A stretch of DNA of 64,000 nt from Eledone cirrhosa (GCA_964016885.1 OZ024748.1:51522001-51586000); one strand, 5' to 3'. Numbered from the stretch's first letter, positions 1 to 12,544 are shown. A program made the numbers and translations. Notes: generated by a model from the letters alone, not told the origin.

Positions 1-100
1 AGGTTAACTTTGCCTTTCATCCTTACAGGGTCTATAAAATAAAGTACCAGTAATGCACTGGGATAATTGCTGGCCTTGTGCCAAAAGTAGAAACAATTAT
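1..100 (+). mobile_element. SINE family A (tRNA-headed, ~190 bp), 3' part cut by window edge
   Basis: Matches the body and tail of full copies elsewhere: GCCTTTCATCCTTAC.GGGTC.ATAAAATAAAGTACCAG...GCTGGCCTTGTGCCAAAAGTAGAAACAATTATT. Confidence 0.85.
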
Positions 101-169
101 TAGAAGGTGAGTGATATCCAGGATATTAAAAGTGAATATATTAGAAATATGAAAGTGGAGGTATAGTTG

Positions 170-400
170 TAAAGGAAGATGCTGGTTGTTGCAAAATACA
201 ACATGAGTAACATGGGATAAGAATAATAATGTGTTATCAGAGGAGAGGAGAGTTCTCGTTGATGATGTTATAAAGTATTTTTGATGGCAGTTTTATAACT
301 GTAATCCTTACTTATTGCTTGTTGTTCTAAGATTACTCATTGTGGCCTTGTAAATATTATAGTGAGGACATTTCCACACAAAATCATTTCAAGAGACTAA
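170..400 (-). pseudogene. Possible highly degraded Penelope-like GIY-YIG endonuclease fragment
   Basis: Minus-strand frames give CGNVLT / IIYKAT ... HYYS ... SSF, resembling Penelope GxCLxxxIIYKAT...RYxxHxSSF; broken by frameshifts and stops. Confidence 0.3.
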
Positions 401-899
401 GAAGAGATAGTTCTCTTCTATATATAGTGTGTTGAGGTGCTAATTGGCTAATTAATTGACAAGCTTGTGACTTCACTTCACTCCTTTGTTCGGGGTTTAT
501 CACTTCATTAAATGGGGTAGGGTTTGGATTAGGTTAACAGATGATTGTAATGTTTAGGTTTGATTAGTGGTGAGCTTGGGTTTCTTTGGTTTATGTCTAT
601 ATATCAGGTTAAGTTCTTGCGGGGAGGGGGGGGTATAGGATGGAGATTATTTCTGGTGCTTATACTGTTTATGTGTGGGTGCAATGCTAAATGTATAATG
701 GGGTACTAGTCACTGCAAAGTAATAGAGAAATTATGTAATATGACAGCTATAGCCTGATGACACCTCATACTGCCATACCAGTAACTGTTGTTTCTTGTT
801 TTACTGAGAGAGTCATGGTGGGGTTTCGAAGGATGTATTTTAATTTTAATTCATGCCTTGCATGGTATATATCAGGTGAATGGAAGTGACTGTAAGATT

Positions 900-1162
900 A
901 TGGTTTGCCATATGCATATGGTTAGAATATCTCAGCAAAGAACTGCTGGACAGATTTTATGGTCAGAACCAACTGGCAAGAGATCCAGTGGTAGACCCTG
1001 AGCAAGATAGTTGGAGAGAATCCATGAGCTCGGTTGGGGTCACTTGAGGGTCCACTAGATCAACTGAAGACAGTTGCTTCTGATAGGATCTGCTGGAAAG
1101 AGTGTTTGAAGAGTCTCCCTCATGACCCCCCTCTCCCCGGAATATGCAGCTGAAGAAGACAA
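900..1162 (+). mobile_element. 3' end of REX3/Expander-like RTE LINE (degenerate)
   Basis: Translates HMVRISQQRTAGQILWSEPTGKRSSGRP*AR..IHELGWGHL..QLKTVASDRICWKECLKSLP, the RTE C-terminal GHxxRM..GxRxxGRPxxRW..DRxxW pattern; five further copies in the window. Confidence 0.75.
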
Positions 1163-1224
1163 AGAATATGTTTGAGTTCTTGTCAAGGATAGGTTTTGTG
1201 TAGATGTGTTTACATTTAAGTTAA

Positions 1225-2172
1225 CCCTTTAGCATTCAAACTGACCATATATGGCCAGAATTTTCTCACCTCATTCTGTTCAAACTAGCCATAACTGGCC
1301 CATCATACTGATGTTAAGGTATTGTTCTCAAAATAAATAATATCAAAATCTCATAGATTCGATATTATGTGAAATAATTATGCGAGGTAAAGCTTTTTCT
1401 GTAAAAAATACAAGAGTATATATAGCAGTCATGTCAAACTGAGGGTCCCCCGAGGACCACATGGGTCACATATGTGTTGTCTGAGGGCCACATGGGCCAC
1501 ATATGTGTTGTCTGAAGGCCACATGGGTCACATATGTGTTGTCTAAGGGCCACATGGGTCAAATGTGTGTTGTCTGAGGGCCACATGGGCCACATATGTG
1601 TTGTCTGAGGGCCACATGGGCCACATATGTGTTGTCTGAGGGCCACATGGGTCACATATGTGTTGTCTGAGGGCCACATGGGTCACATATGTGTTGTCTG
1701 AGGGCCACATGGGCCACATATGTGTTGTCTGAGCGCCACATGGGTCACATATGTGTTGTCTGAGGACCACATGGGCCACATATGTGTTGTCTGAGGGCCA
1801 CATGGGTCACATATGTGTTGTCTGAGGGCCACATGGGTCACATATGTGTTGTCTGAGGGCCACATGGGCCACATATGTGTTGTCTGAGCGTCACATGGGT
1901 CACATATGTGTTGTCTGAGGGCCACATGGGTCACATATGTGTTGTCTGAGGACCACATGGGCCACATATGTGTTGTCTGAGGGCCACATGGGTCACATAT
2001 GTGTTGTCTGAGGGCCACATGGGTCACATATGTGTTGTCTGAGCGCCACATGGGTCACATATGTGTTGTCTGAGGGCCACATGGGCCACATATGTGTTGT
2101 CTGAGGGCCACACATGTCAACTAATTGCACACATTACAACTAATTCTTTATAGTAATATAAATGCTAAAGGG
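1225..2172 (+). mobile_element. piggyBac-type non-autonomous MITE (~220 bp) interrupted by a ~725-bp insertion
   Basis: TTAA|CCCTTTAGCATT ... AATGCTAAAGGG|TTAA termini; body matches the uninterrupted copy at 50474-50693. Confidence 0.85.
1452..2111. repeat. 31-bp minisatellite, ~21 near-identical copies
   Basis: Unit GAGGGCCACATGGG(T/C)CACATATGTGTTGTCT with period 31 (e.g. CATGGG at 1460 and 1491). Confidence 0.97.
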
Positions 2173-2862
2173 TTAAAGCAATTGACAGTCATTATAACAT
2201 ATTTATTATGTATACATCAGCATGAGTGAAGCTATTTTACCAGGTAACATTTTTCTCTACACTGTGTCAATTTGAACCCATATGATGTTAAGAGTCAAAG
2301 TCTAAGATGGTCGTTAAATTAATCCACTGATTCTTGCAAAATACACAATATTCTTTAGAATTCTATCAGAAACATATCAATCTTTACCCAAATATATTTG
2401 TATTTTTATTTTTTATTTAATTAGGTAGAAATTTTGATGTCAAACAAAACTATGATGGCTTTCCTTTAATACTTTTTTAAAATCTGCCATCATATCACAG
2501 GAATAAATAAGTAAACAAATAAATAGAAAACCTGAAATCATAATTGCCTTTTCTAAGAACGTTTGCAATGTAAATGAAGCAGTTCTAATTGGGAATTCTC
2601 AGTGTAGATAGAAGGAAAAATAATTAAAAAAAATATCTTATGAAGAAACAAGTTGGATTGCATTCATTTGACACCCTGTTGCTTTCTTTTACATATCGAG
2701 AAAGAAATATGTAATCCTACATTAACAGAAATTTTAATAATTGAGAGAAAACAAAAGCTAAAATCTTTATCTACATATCTTCTGAAAATTTGAATATATT
2801 TTTTATACAACTAGCAATGAAACCTAATGAAGGAGCCTTTACAGTCATTGTTGTTGTTGATG

Positions 2863-3195
2863 ATGAGTAAATATAAAGATCTAACAATTGGGATTGACAA
2901 AATGTGGCATCTTAATACCAGTGCACTCTGTGCACTCAGAATAATAATGAAAAAAAGGAAAACTGAAAAATATCTGGATCGTGTAATAGGAAAGCCATCA
3001 CTACAAGAGATAGAGAAAATAGTGCTGACTGGTACTGTCTATGTCCTGAGAAGGGCATTAACCTTGCAAAGACAATTACTGTGGTTTATTCTCTTGTGGC
3101 ATCATTTGTATGACAATTGATTGTATCAAATTTTGTCGGGTTGACACATAACATGAGATAGGAAAGCAGCAGAATTCAAAGAAAGTTTCAAATCA
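2863..3195 (+). mobile_element. 3' end of an R4/Dong-like RLE non-LTR retrotransposon (degenerate)
   Basis: MSKYKDLTIGIDKMWHLNT..ALRII..KTEKYLDRVIGKPSLQEIEKIVLTGTVYVLRRAL matches the RLE C-terminal KYxDLxxEIxxMW...GALG...EIQKxxLxGTAxILRxxL signature. Confidence 0.75.
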
Positions 3196-4335
3196 TAATA
3201 ATTGTTTCTACTTTTGGCACAAGGCCAGCAAATACCCAGTACATTACTGGTACTTTATTTTATCGACCTCGTAAGGATGAAAGGCAAAGTTAACCTTGGC
3301 AGGATTTGAACTCAGATTGTAAAGGGACGTACCAATTCTGCCAATCCACCAATCATAATTTATATCATAGGGTTCAATAAGGCAAAAGAAAAAGCTGACT
3401 TAACCCTTTAATTTACATTACTCTATATTTACTATTGTATTTTCATGGTAAAGGCTTTACCTCACATAATATTGAATCTATAAGAATGTTGATATTATTT
3501 ATTTTGAGAACAATACCTTAACATAAGTATGAGCTACCAATTATGGTCAGTTTGAACAGAAAGGGGTAAGAGAATTCTGAATGCTAAAGGGTTAAACTGC
3601 ATTTCAAATAAGAATATAAAAAGTTGTAACTGAATACCACAAGGAATTATTTTTCCCGATACTCGAGGTTTCTGGCAATCCACTGGTATTACCAACAATA
3701 ATGGTTTCGTATATAGGCACAAGGCCAGCAATTGGAAGGGAAGGGAGAAAAATCGATTAAATCAACCCCAGTGCATTACTGATACTTTATTTTATCGACC
3801 CTGTAAGGATGAAAGTCAAAGCTAACCATAGCTGGATTTGAACTTAAAATGTAATGGGTCATAACTATATACAGCGAAGCATGTTGTCCAATGCTCTACA
3901 AATACTGCCAATAATGCTAATAACTGTTTCTACTTTAGGCACAAGGCTAGCAATTTCGATTAAATCAACCCCAGTGCGTGACTGGTACTTTATTTTATCG
4001 AACCAGTAAGGATGAAAGGCAAAGCTAACCTTGGGGGGGATTTGAACTCAAAGTGTAAAGGGCCGTAACTCTGTGCCACAAAGCATGGTGTCCTATGCTT
4101 TGCCGATTCTGTCAATTAGCTGCCTTCCACTGCCCTAATAATAATAATAATAATGTTTCTACTTTTGGCACAAGGCCAGAAATTTCCCCAGTGCATTACT
4201 GGTGATTTATTTTATCGACCCCCGTAAGGATGAAAGCAAAGTTAACCTCGGCGGGATTTGAACTCAGAACATAAAGGGTCATAACTCCATGCTGCAGAGC
4301 ATGGTGTCTGACACTCTGCCGGTGCTGCCAATCTC
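3195..4335 (-). mobile_element. Cluster of four SINE family A copies (~3195-3352, 3695-3912, 3920-4135, 4150-4335)
   Basis: Each copy has the reverse complement of the B-box GAGTTCAAATCC, the conserved body and the (TTA)n tail. Confidence 0.88.
3404..3591 (-). mobile_element. piggyBac-type MITE copy
   Basis: TTAA|CCCTTTA ... AATGCTAAAGGG|TTAA; reverse complement of the family body. Confidence 0.85.
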
Positions 4336-4527
4336 AACAAGAAAGAGTAACAAGTGTAACCAAAGTCATATTTACTTCACAAGACAGATTGCTCATTAAA
4401 CAGTGAACTCGTTATACCAATTAAATGTGACAGTAGATTCTGTCATTATTAATAATCATTGTTGAATGTAAGGCTTCACATACCCCAAAACTAAAAGGTT
4501 ATCATAGACACTCACAAACACATAGAA

Positions 4528-4577
<50 letters not shown>

Positions 4578-4859
4578 GTATATATATACATATATACATA
4601 TACACACATACATACTGAAAGAGAAAGATATGGTAACATTGAAAATGTATGTAGCTGTAGTGAAAGTGACCACAGCTTTGTTTCTTGTGTGTGTGTGTGT
4701 GTGAGAGTGTGTATGAATGTGTGTATATGAATGTTCATGTGTTGTGTGTGAGTGTGTGTATGATAGCATAAGTGTGTTTGCAGTGCATACACATTTTTTC
4801 CCACATCAGCTTTCAATGAAGAAAGCCCACAAAATATGTCAGGGAACTGAAAGTGGAAG

Positions 4860-5400
4860 AGGGGAGAAAAGAGGACAAAAGAGAAAGAGGGAGAAAGAGA
4901 GACTGAAAATGGGAGAGAGAGAGGGTGAGAGATTGAAAATGGGAGAGAGAGAGAGAGAGGGTGAGAGAGACTGAAAATAGGAGAGAGAGAGAGAGAGGGT
5001 GAGAGAGACTGAAAATAGGAGAGAGAGAGAGAGGGTGAGAGAGACTGAAAATGGGAGAGAGAGAGAGGGTGAGAGAGACTGAAAATGGGAGAGAGAGACT
5101 GAGAATGGGAGAGACTGAGAATGGGAGAGAGAGAGAGAGGGTGAGAGAGACTGAGAATGGGAGAGAGAGAGAGAGGGTGAGAGACAGTGAGAGAGACAGT
5201 GAGAGAGACTGAGAAAGGGAGAGAGAGGGTAGACAGATCAGGAAAGAGAGAGAAAGGGAGAGAGAGGGTAGACAGATCAGGAAAGAGAGAGAAAGAGAAA
5301 CTAAAAATGGGAAAGAGAGAGAGAGAGACAGAGGGTGAGCGAGACTGAGAAGGAGAGAGAGGGTGAGAGAGACTGAGAATGAGAGGGAGAGGGTGGAGGA
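4860..5400. repeat. GA-rich minisatellite (~30-35 bp unit GAGAGACTGAAAATGGGAGAGAGAGAGAGGGT)
   Basis: Recurring ACTGAAAATGGG/ACTGAGAATGGG anchors within (GA)n; preceded by (CA)n at 4530-4573. Confidence 0.9.
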
Positions 5401-5578
5401 GGTTGGTGATAACAACAATGATGGAGATAAAGTGAGAAAATACACGACAACAGAGAGAGAGCCTCAACTCTAGGACAAGACAAGAGTATATTTATTAATC
5501 TAATCAACCCAGTAAGAAAATGGGCAAAATTTGACTCTGAGAAATGGAACTCAGAAATCTGAGTTGTTGAAAGTAAAT

Positions 5579-5758
5579 AATTGTTTCTACGTTTGGCACA
5601 AGGCCAGCAATTACTCAGTGCATTACTGGTACTTTTATTTTATCGACCCTGGCAAAGTCAACCTCGGCGGGATTTGAACTCAGATCGTAAAGGGACGTAA
5701 CTATGCTAGAAAGCATGGCGTCTGACCCTCTACCGATACTGCCAATCCACCGCCCTAC
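5579..5758 (-). mobile_element. Full-length SINE family A with 14-bp target-site duplication
   Basis: Head GGGCGGTGGATTGGCAGTATCGGTAGAG (A-box) and GAGTTCAAATCC (B-box) on the minus strand; TGTTGAAAGTAAAT duplicated at 5565-5578 and 5759-5772. Confidence 0.92.
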
Positions 5759-5824
5759 TGTTGAAAGTAAATGATGTTAGACAGTAAGGCTAAAGACCCC
5801 CTATGGTCATGATGTTAGACAGTA

Positions 5825-6110
5825 AGGCTAAAGACCCTCTATGATCACTAATGACCATGGGATTTGCACCTAGAAAGTTCTCCCCCGAAGAACAAGTCTG
5901 GGCAAGGTAGTCGCCCATGCATACTAGTCTTCTCCCTCCATGCCACAGTTATTGTCCAAGGGAGAGGCAATGGCTGGTACAGCTTGGGGCACCATTGATG
6001 TTGCAATTCACTTCAACAACTGAGTAGACTGGAGCAACATGAAATAAAGTCAAACTCACAACCTCATGATTGTAATCCCAATGTTCTACTCACTAAGTCA
6101 TGCCCATTCA
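5825..6110 (-). mobile_element. CORE-type SINE family B, tail variant 2 (old)
   Basis: Minus strand has a tRNA-like head, CTTTATTTCATGTTGCTCCAGTCTACTCAG, and a tail shared with 40945-41250, 43085-43290 and 58970-59282. Confidence 0.7.
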
Positions 6111-6159
6111 CTGTTATACAGTAACACACAATAAAGTGGTTGGTAAAAATGGTATCCAG

Positions 6160-6775
6160 TGGGATTTGAACTCAGACTGTGAACAGTCAATACAAATATG
6201 ACAATGGCCTTTTATCAAAAGCTTGACCAATTCTGCCAAACCACCACCCCAGCAATTTAGGGGGAAGAGGAAGTCAATTAAATTGACTTCAGCATATTAC
6301 TGGTACTTTATTTATTGACCCCGTAAGGATGAAAGGTAAAGCTAAACTCGGCGGGATTTGAAATTAATAATAATTGTTTCTACTTTAGGCACAAGGCCAG
6401 CAATTTTTTTTGGGGGGAAAGTCGATTAAATTGAGCCCAGTGCATTACTGGTACTTTATTTTATCGACCCCCCACAATAATGAAAGGCAAAGCTAACCTA
6501 GGTAGGATTTGAACTCAGAATGCAAAGGGCCATAACTCTATGCTACAAAGCAAGGTGTCTGACGTTCTACCGATTCTGATGATGATTAGAAGGGTGGTGG
6601 CATCAATGGTAGTAATAATGATAATAATTGTTTCTACGTTTGGCTCAAGGCCAGCAATTTTCCCAGTGTATTACTGGTACTTTATTTTATCGACCCTTAT
6701 AAGGATAAAAGGCAAAGTTAACCTCGGTGGGATTTGAAGTCAGACCGTAAAGGGGCGCAACTCTATGCTGCAAAC
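6160..6775 (-). mobile_element. Tandem cluster of 3-4 SINE family A copies/fragments
   Basis: Repeated family body and tail in the same orientation. Confidence 0.85.
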
Positions 6776-6804
6776 CAACAATGCAAAGTATAATAAGGAT
6801 AATA

Positions 6805-6900
6805 AGTGTTTCTTTATTGGCCACAAGGGCTAACAGGAAGAAAAACATTACATATGGCACAGAACGGTACAGGACAATACAAAGTGGATTTTGGCCAGGT
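6805..6900 (-). mobile_element. L1/Tx1-like 3' terminus fragment
   Basis: Reverse complement reads TGTATTGTCCTGTACCG...CCCTTGTGGCCAATAAAGAAAC, like the terminus at 30190-30220; another such end at ~54685-54752 (+). Confidence 0.55.
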
Positions 6901-7194
6901 AATGATAATAGTAATAATAACAGTGTATTTATTTAGCTTTCCCCTTCCTTCTCTTCCTGTCTGGCATAATATAAAAATATTAATCATAAAACTATTCTAT
7001 AAATCTTATAGATTTCAAAAGTAAAAACAATGTTTAGCTTTTTAATGGAGTTTCAAATATTCAGTTACAATGAATACTTCGACATTACAAATGAATTGTC
7101 TTAATTTTTACTTGTCTTTTCAACTTTTTCTTAGTATATAGTTTCTTGAATAAAGAACACACACACACACAAACACACACATGCACACACACAT

Positions 7195-7400
7195 ATATAT
7201 AAAACACAGCAAAACGAATGAAGATACAGAACAATGAAGATATATATTAGTCAAATGCTTGATATAGTAGGACAAAAGTCTTAACATTTCAGATGTCAGT
7301 CATTCATCAGAAGAGAGAATGAGAAATTAAAAAGAAATAGAAAAAATAGAGTGAGAAGAGGAAGAAATAAAAACAATTTTGGGGTAGAAAAATTAATGTT
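7195..7400 (-). mobile_element. Diverged Penelope-like non-coding terminal repeat with decayed hammerhead motif (7279-7314)
   Basis: Minus: TCTT CTGATGA ATGACTGACATCT GAAA TGTT AAGA; downstream sequence homologous to 21085-21230 and 36945-37130. Confidence 0.6.
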
Positions 7401-7974
7401 TAATTAGCCATAAACATATATAAGCAGGGAAAAGTGGTTGTAAAATGATGATGATGATATATGTATGTGTGAATTGGGACCCCAATGGCTAAGCTCTTGC
7501 CACTAGCTTTTGTAACAGCAAGAACACAGCTATTGTGGTCACGACTCTTTCATATTACCATACTCTACTACACCGAGTATTGAGTTCTCTGATGAGAAAT
7601 GGTCGAAACAGGTTGTACAATGCCTCATTACTGAAAGAAAACAGTCAACATGACCTTGATTCTGATATGATGTTTTTTTTGTTTTTTTTTTGGGGGGGGG
7701 GCATATCGATATTGGATGGTTCCACTGTGATGAGTGAGTTTTGGTTTCTGGGTCATATCCCCAGTTATCCTGATACTCAGGTTCGATGTTGGAAGTAATC
7801 AGGTCAATAGTGTAGTACCTCACAGTGACCAATATATCCAGAGATATCATCATACACATGAGTACATGTGGCACCACTCTGCAAAGATTTTATATCCCTA
7901 ACATTATTACTTCCCATGGAAATGGGAAGTAATAATGGGGGACCCTTTTTCAACAGACCTCATGTGTGTGTGTA

Positions 7975-8013
<39 letters not shown>

Positions 8014-8064
8014 TTATACACATAGGATATATGGGTGCTGTATGTATAAAAGTATTAGGATGGA

Positions 8065-8220
8065 AAAAATAATAAGAAAAAGAAGAAAAAGAAAAAAAGA
8101 AAAAGAAAAAGAAAAAAAGAAAAAGAAAAAGAAAAAAGAAAAAAGAAAAAGAAAAAAAAGAAAAAGAAAAGAAGAAGAAGAAGAAGAAGAAGAAGAAGAA
8201 GAAGAAGAAGAAGAAGAAGA
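8065..8220. repeat. (GAAAAA)n grading into (GAA)n
   Basis: Direct inspection. Confidence 0.95.
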
Positions 8221-9229
8221 TAGAATGTTATTGACAGTTAACAAACAAGCTTCTTTTGATATTAATGTCTAATCTTAGCTTAGACGTTTCCTTTTTCTTA
8301 TTGTTATAGATTTATAACCACTGTCCTCACAACTGTAATTATTATTATTATTATTATTATTATTAACATTGTTAGTGAGCTTCATCAGTCTTATTCTCAT
8401 TTCTTTCCAAATCCTGATTACAAAAGATTTCATACATAGTTGACAGTTTCAGCAATATATGTCACACATACATACACATATACATGTATACATACACTCA
8501 CATATATACACACGCAGACACATACATACATACCCACATACATACATATATATACATACATACAAACACACACATACATACATACATACACATATACAAT
8601 CAAACATACATATATGCATATATACACACATCCATACATAAAAAAGCAAGCATGTGTATATAAATAAACACACACACATTCATATGGAAAAAAAAAAAAT
8701 AAGTAGAGCAAACATACACATATATAGAAGTATTTGCACTTATACAAAATAAAAGCACACACAGACACACACATATTTACACAAACACATAGATAGTAGA
8801 GTTTAAACAATAATACACACAACTATCTATATACTCTCTCTATCTCACCGAGAAACACTCTCTCACAGTATCTCTCTCTCTCTCTCTGACACACACACAT
8901 ATATATCTACATACACACATAGGGGAATTAACCTTATATGTATTAAAATAGCTGAAGAAAAGCCTCTGTATTTTACTCTAAATACACCAATGATATATTA
9001 GTTTTCTATTTGTGGTTTTATAGTTGTTTTTTCCATATTTGATTTTTTATACATATATTCTACGTTTTTTTATTTATTTCAACTTTTACTTATTTCCTAT
9101 TTTTATTTCATTTTATTTGAATATTTGTTTTTCTTATATTTTTTCTTCCTTTAAACGGACAGTAGTGGGGCTGTTTTATATTTCATTAGATATTAATTTT
9201 ATATTACTATAATACTCAGTTTTTACTCT

Positions 9230-9450
9230 TTTGAATCTGTACATTTTTTTTCTCAAAATTTTCTATTGTAGTTTTTAGGTGGTTTAAATATTTTAAATTC
9301 TTCTAAGCAGTGATTTCTAACTTCTTAGTTCTTGGGATTGGTAAACTTTTTCTGACCTTGAAATAATGTATTATATTTCCCAATTTCTATTCTCCTCAAA
9401 TTGTTAAATTATAGTTGGGGATTCTTTAGTTATACAAACATTATTTTGAT
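9230..9450 (-). pseudogene. Possible degraded Penelope GIY-YIG C-terminus
   Basis: Minus frames give IISRS..Y / HCLEEFKIF..NRKF*EKKC, resembling Penelope WxIIxxxxxY...CxLCLEEK...LNxRxE...KCRH; frameshifted. Confidence 0.35.
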
Positions 9451-9649
9451 TGATTTATTGGTTTTATTTTCATAAGAGAGAGAAACATCATCATCATCAT
9501 CGACATGTTTTATGAGAAAGATGTTGGTAATGATGATTCTGCTCTTCGTATTTAGTTATTGTAGCAAAAATAATAACTAAAATTCAACTTTACATTTATG
9601 AGTAGATTCATTAGCCCCCTGAGTCACTCTTTCTCTCCTTCTGTTTCTG

Positions 9650-9880
9650 TTTTAGGAAAGTGTTGCTGGACAGATTTTATGAGCAAAATCAACCAACAGG
9701 AAACCCAGGAGTAGACATTGAGCAAGAGGGTTGGATAACTTCATGAGTTCAGCTGGTTTCACTTGGGGATCAAGCTCGATGAACTAAAGATGGTTGTTTC
9801 TGACAGGACTTGCTAGAAGGAGAGCTTAAGGTATCCACCCTATTCTCCTTCCATGAATAAGTAGGAAAAGAAGAAGATAT
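9650..9880 (+). mobile_element. REX3/Expander-like RTE 3' fragment
   Basis: Homologous to 900-1162 (TGCTGGACAGATTTTAT...TGAGCAAGA..GTTGGA...TCTGACAGGA...GAATAAG). Confidence 0.72.
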
Positions 9881-11784
9881 TTGAGTTGAGTTTAACATAA
9901 CACCATGGAGATACAGTTAAGTCACACAACGTTTGAGTCAGCCCAAGTGTATGGTATAAGAGGCTTGCTCAATATTTCGCACAGTATGTTCAAAACAAAT
10001 CCCTCATGGTTATGAAACAAACTTCATAAATATCTTGGCTACTTGGCTATAGAATGCCGACAGTATGTACCAAGATGCAAACCCCAAGGGAAGTCAGTGG
10101 CCCCATTTCAGTACAGATTAAGGCAGTGAACATTTATTGAACTCGTGTTAGCATGGAAAGTGGAGTTTAAATGACAATAGTGATATCATCGTCATCATCA
10201 TATAACATCAGCTTTTCCATGTTGGCATGTATTGGACATGCATTACACCCAAGGTCAGTAATTAATTGGAGCTACTGACATCTCAGATAGGCTATGGACC
10301 TGAATTTTGCTGATGTTCTAGCATCTTACATGATATACTGGGGGCATGAGGTAGGTTGTGTTCTTGACACAGATGAAGATTCCTCTGAACCTTATGTCTG
10401 ACATGGTTTCTACAGCTGGATGCCCTTCTTAATACCCACCACTTTACATAATGTATTGAGTGCATTTTATAGTGTCACCAGCACTACAGAGGCTTTCATG
10501 CCCTTGATACAACAATATAGTCCTCTTAGCTCTTTGCTTGGCAGGTTTTCTGCAGCTGGATGCCATTCAAAGTGCCAAAGAGTGTACTGGGTGCAATTTT
10601 TAATGGTACCACCACTAGAGAAGTTATCATTTTTCTAACATGACTGAAGAGCTTTCATAAACAAATATATATACACATACACACACATATGCATTCACAT
10701 ACAAATATACACACACATACTTACATACACATACCTATGGTATTCAGTTATTGATAAATACATTTAATATGAATAACAATAAAATTCATAGATGGCAGAA
10801 TGCATACACAAGATTCTTGATTGAATATCTCTTCCGTTTTTCTTTACTTATATATATATATATATGTGTGTGTGCGTGCATGTGTGTGTGTGTGTGTGTT
10901 GAAAGAAAGGGGAGCATGAGTGTGAGAGACAGAGGGTGGGATCAGAAGGAGGGTGAAAGAGAGGTGAAGAGACCACTGTTCTATGGCAAAGATGAGAATG
11001 TGGAATCACGAGTGGATCAGATTATAGAAATGAGTTCCTAAGAATAGAAGGAATGTGAGAAACAATGTCAATACCTACATGCACTAAGGTGCTTGCATGT
11101 CAGTGTAAGCATACACTCGGCAATATAGGCAAAAATAAGGTTAAAAACAATAAAAAGTTTCAAAAATAAATTTTCAAAAAATTAACACAAGAAAAAAAGA
11201 AAAATAGAAAACATGAACAAAGCTGAGATTTGTCTTGAAAAATTTGTTTTTTTCAAATTTCAGGGAAGCAATATTGTTTACAAAAGATTAATTTTATATA
11301 TGAAACCAACAAACATAAGAAAACAACCATCTACAATTTCCAGACATGTACTCAATCTCTCTTTCTCTCCCTCACTGAGTATGTGTGTCTATATATATAT
11401 GTCTGTGTGTGTCTTTTTCTCACTGTATATATATATATATATATATAGTTCAAGGAAACAACACACAGAGGTACAAGTCTTGTCTCTCTATCTATCTCTC
11501 TGTTTATCTATCGATCTGCATCACTCTCTCTCAATCTCTCTTTCCCTGGCAAGGTCATTTATTGCTATTCTTTAACTGATAAAGTTTAAACACTAATCTT
11601 TTTTTTTATGCAGGTTTAAATAGGTTTTCACATCTTCAAATATAATTAATTTTTACTAAGGTTTTTTTTTTTTGTTTGGTTTATATTTTGTTATATAGAA
11701 TGTATGAGAAATTTATAGATATTAGATGTCATCAAGAAATGTGATTTCTCCCAGTTTGTATACACATACATACATGGGTGTGTG

Positions 11785-11821
<37 letters not shown>

Positions 11822-12103
11822 CGTATGCATGTATGTACGTAAGGTAATAACATACTTCTAACAACCAATAAAATCACGAGTTTACTTTAAAATATGTTTT
11901 GTTAACTCATTACATCCTGACAATGGGAAAGGTGAAACATTCAGCACAAAGCAATATGTTGTATTCACATTATATATAGGGGTCGATAAAATAAAGTACC
12001 AGTAATGTACTGGGATAATTGCTGACCTTGTGCCAAAAGTAGAAACAATTATATATATATATATATATATTTAAAAGAATAGAGGTGTAACACACGAGTT
12101 ATG

Positions 12104-12534
12104 ATATATTGGTAAAAGGAAAAGAAAATGCTGACAAATTGTTCCCAGTGAAAAATAGTTTAATTAGGAATAAATAAAAATTAGTAATAGTATTGGTTAG
12201 TATTCAGTTTTGGTTTTAAGTTTTACTGGTTGCGCATTTCTAATGCTTTTCAAAAATAATTTTGAGATAGAGTGCCCGTGATGTTTGCTCTAAATGCTTT
12301 TCAAAAATAATTTTGAGATAGAGCGCCCGTGATGTTTGCTCTAATTAGAGCAAACATCACGGGCGCTCTATCTCAAAATTATTTTTGAAAAGCATTAGAA
12401 ATGCGCAACCAGTAAAACTTAAAACCAAAACTGAATACTAACCAATACTATTACTAATTTTTACTTATTCCTAATTAAACTATTTTTCACTGGGAACAAT
12501 TTGTCAGCATTTTCTTTTCCTTTTACCAATATAT
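12104..12534. repeat. Near-perfect spacerless palindrome (~190-bp arms), with 51-bp tandem duplication in the left arm
   Basis: Centre CTCTAA|TTAGAG at 12344/12345; arms are reverse complements out to ATATATTGGTAAAAGG / CCTTTTACCAATATAT; 12242-12292 repeated at 12293-12343. Confidence 0.95.
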
Positions 12535-12544
12535 ATATATATAG

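Noticed and set aside
1452-2111. CRISPR-like array or repetitive protein ORFs (1434-2051)
   Set aside because: Units abut with no unique spacers and no cas genes are present; the 31-bp period is not a multiple of 3, so the ORFs are incidental.
4502-5467. 321-aa and 210-aa Ser/Leu-rich ORFs
   Set aside because: Translations of the (GA)n minisatellite and (CA)n.
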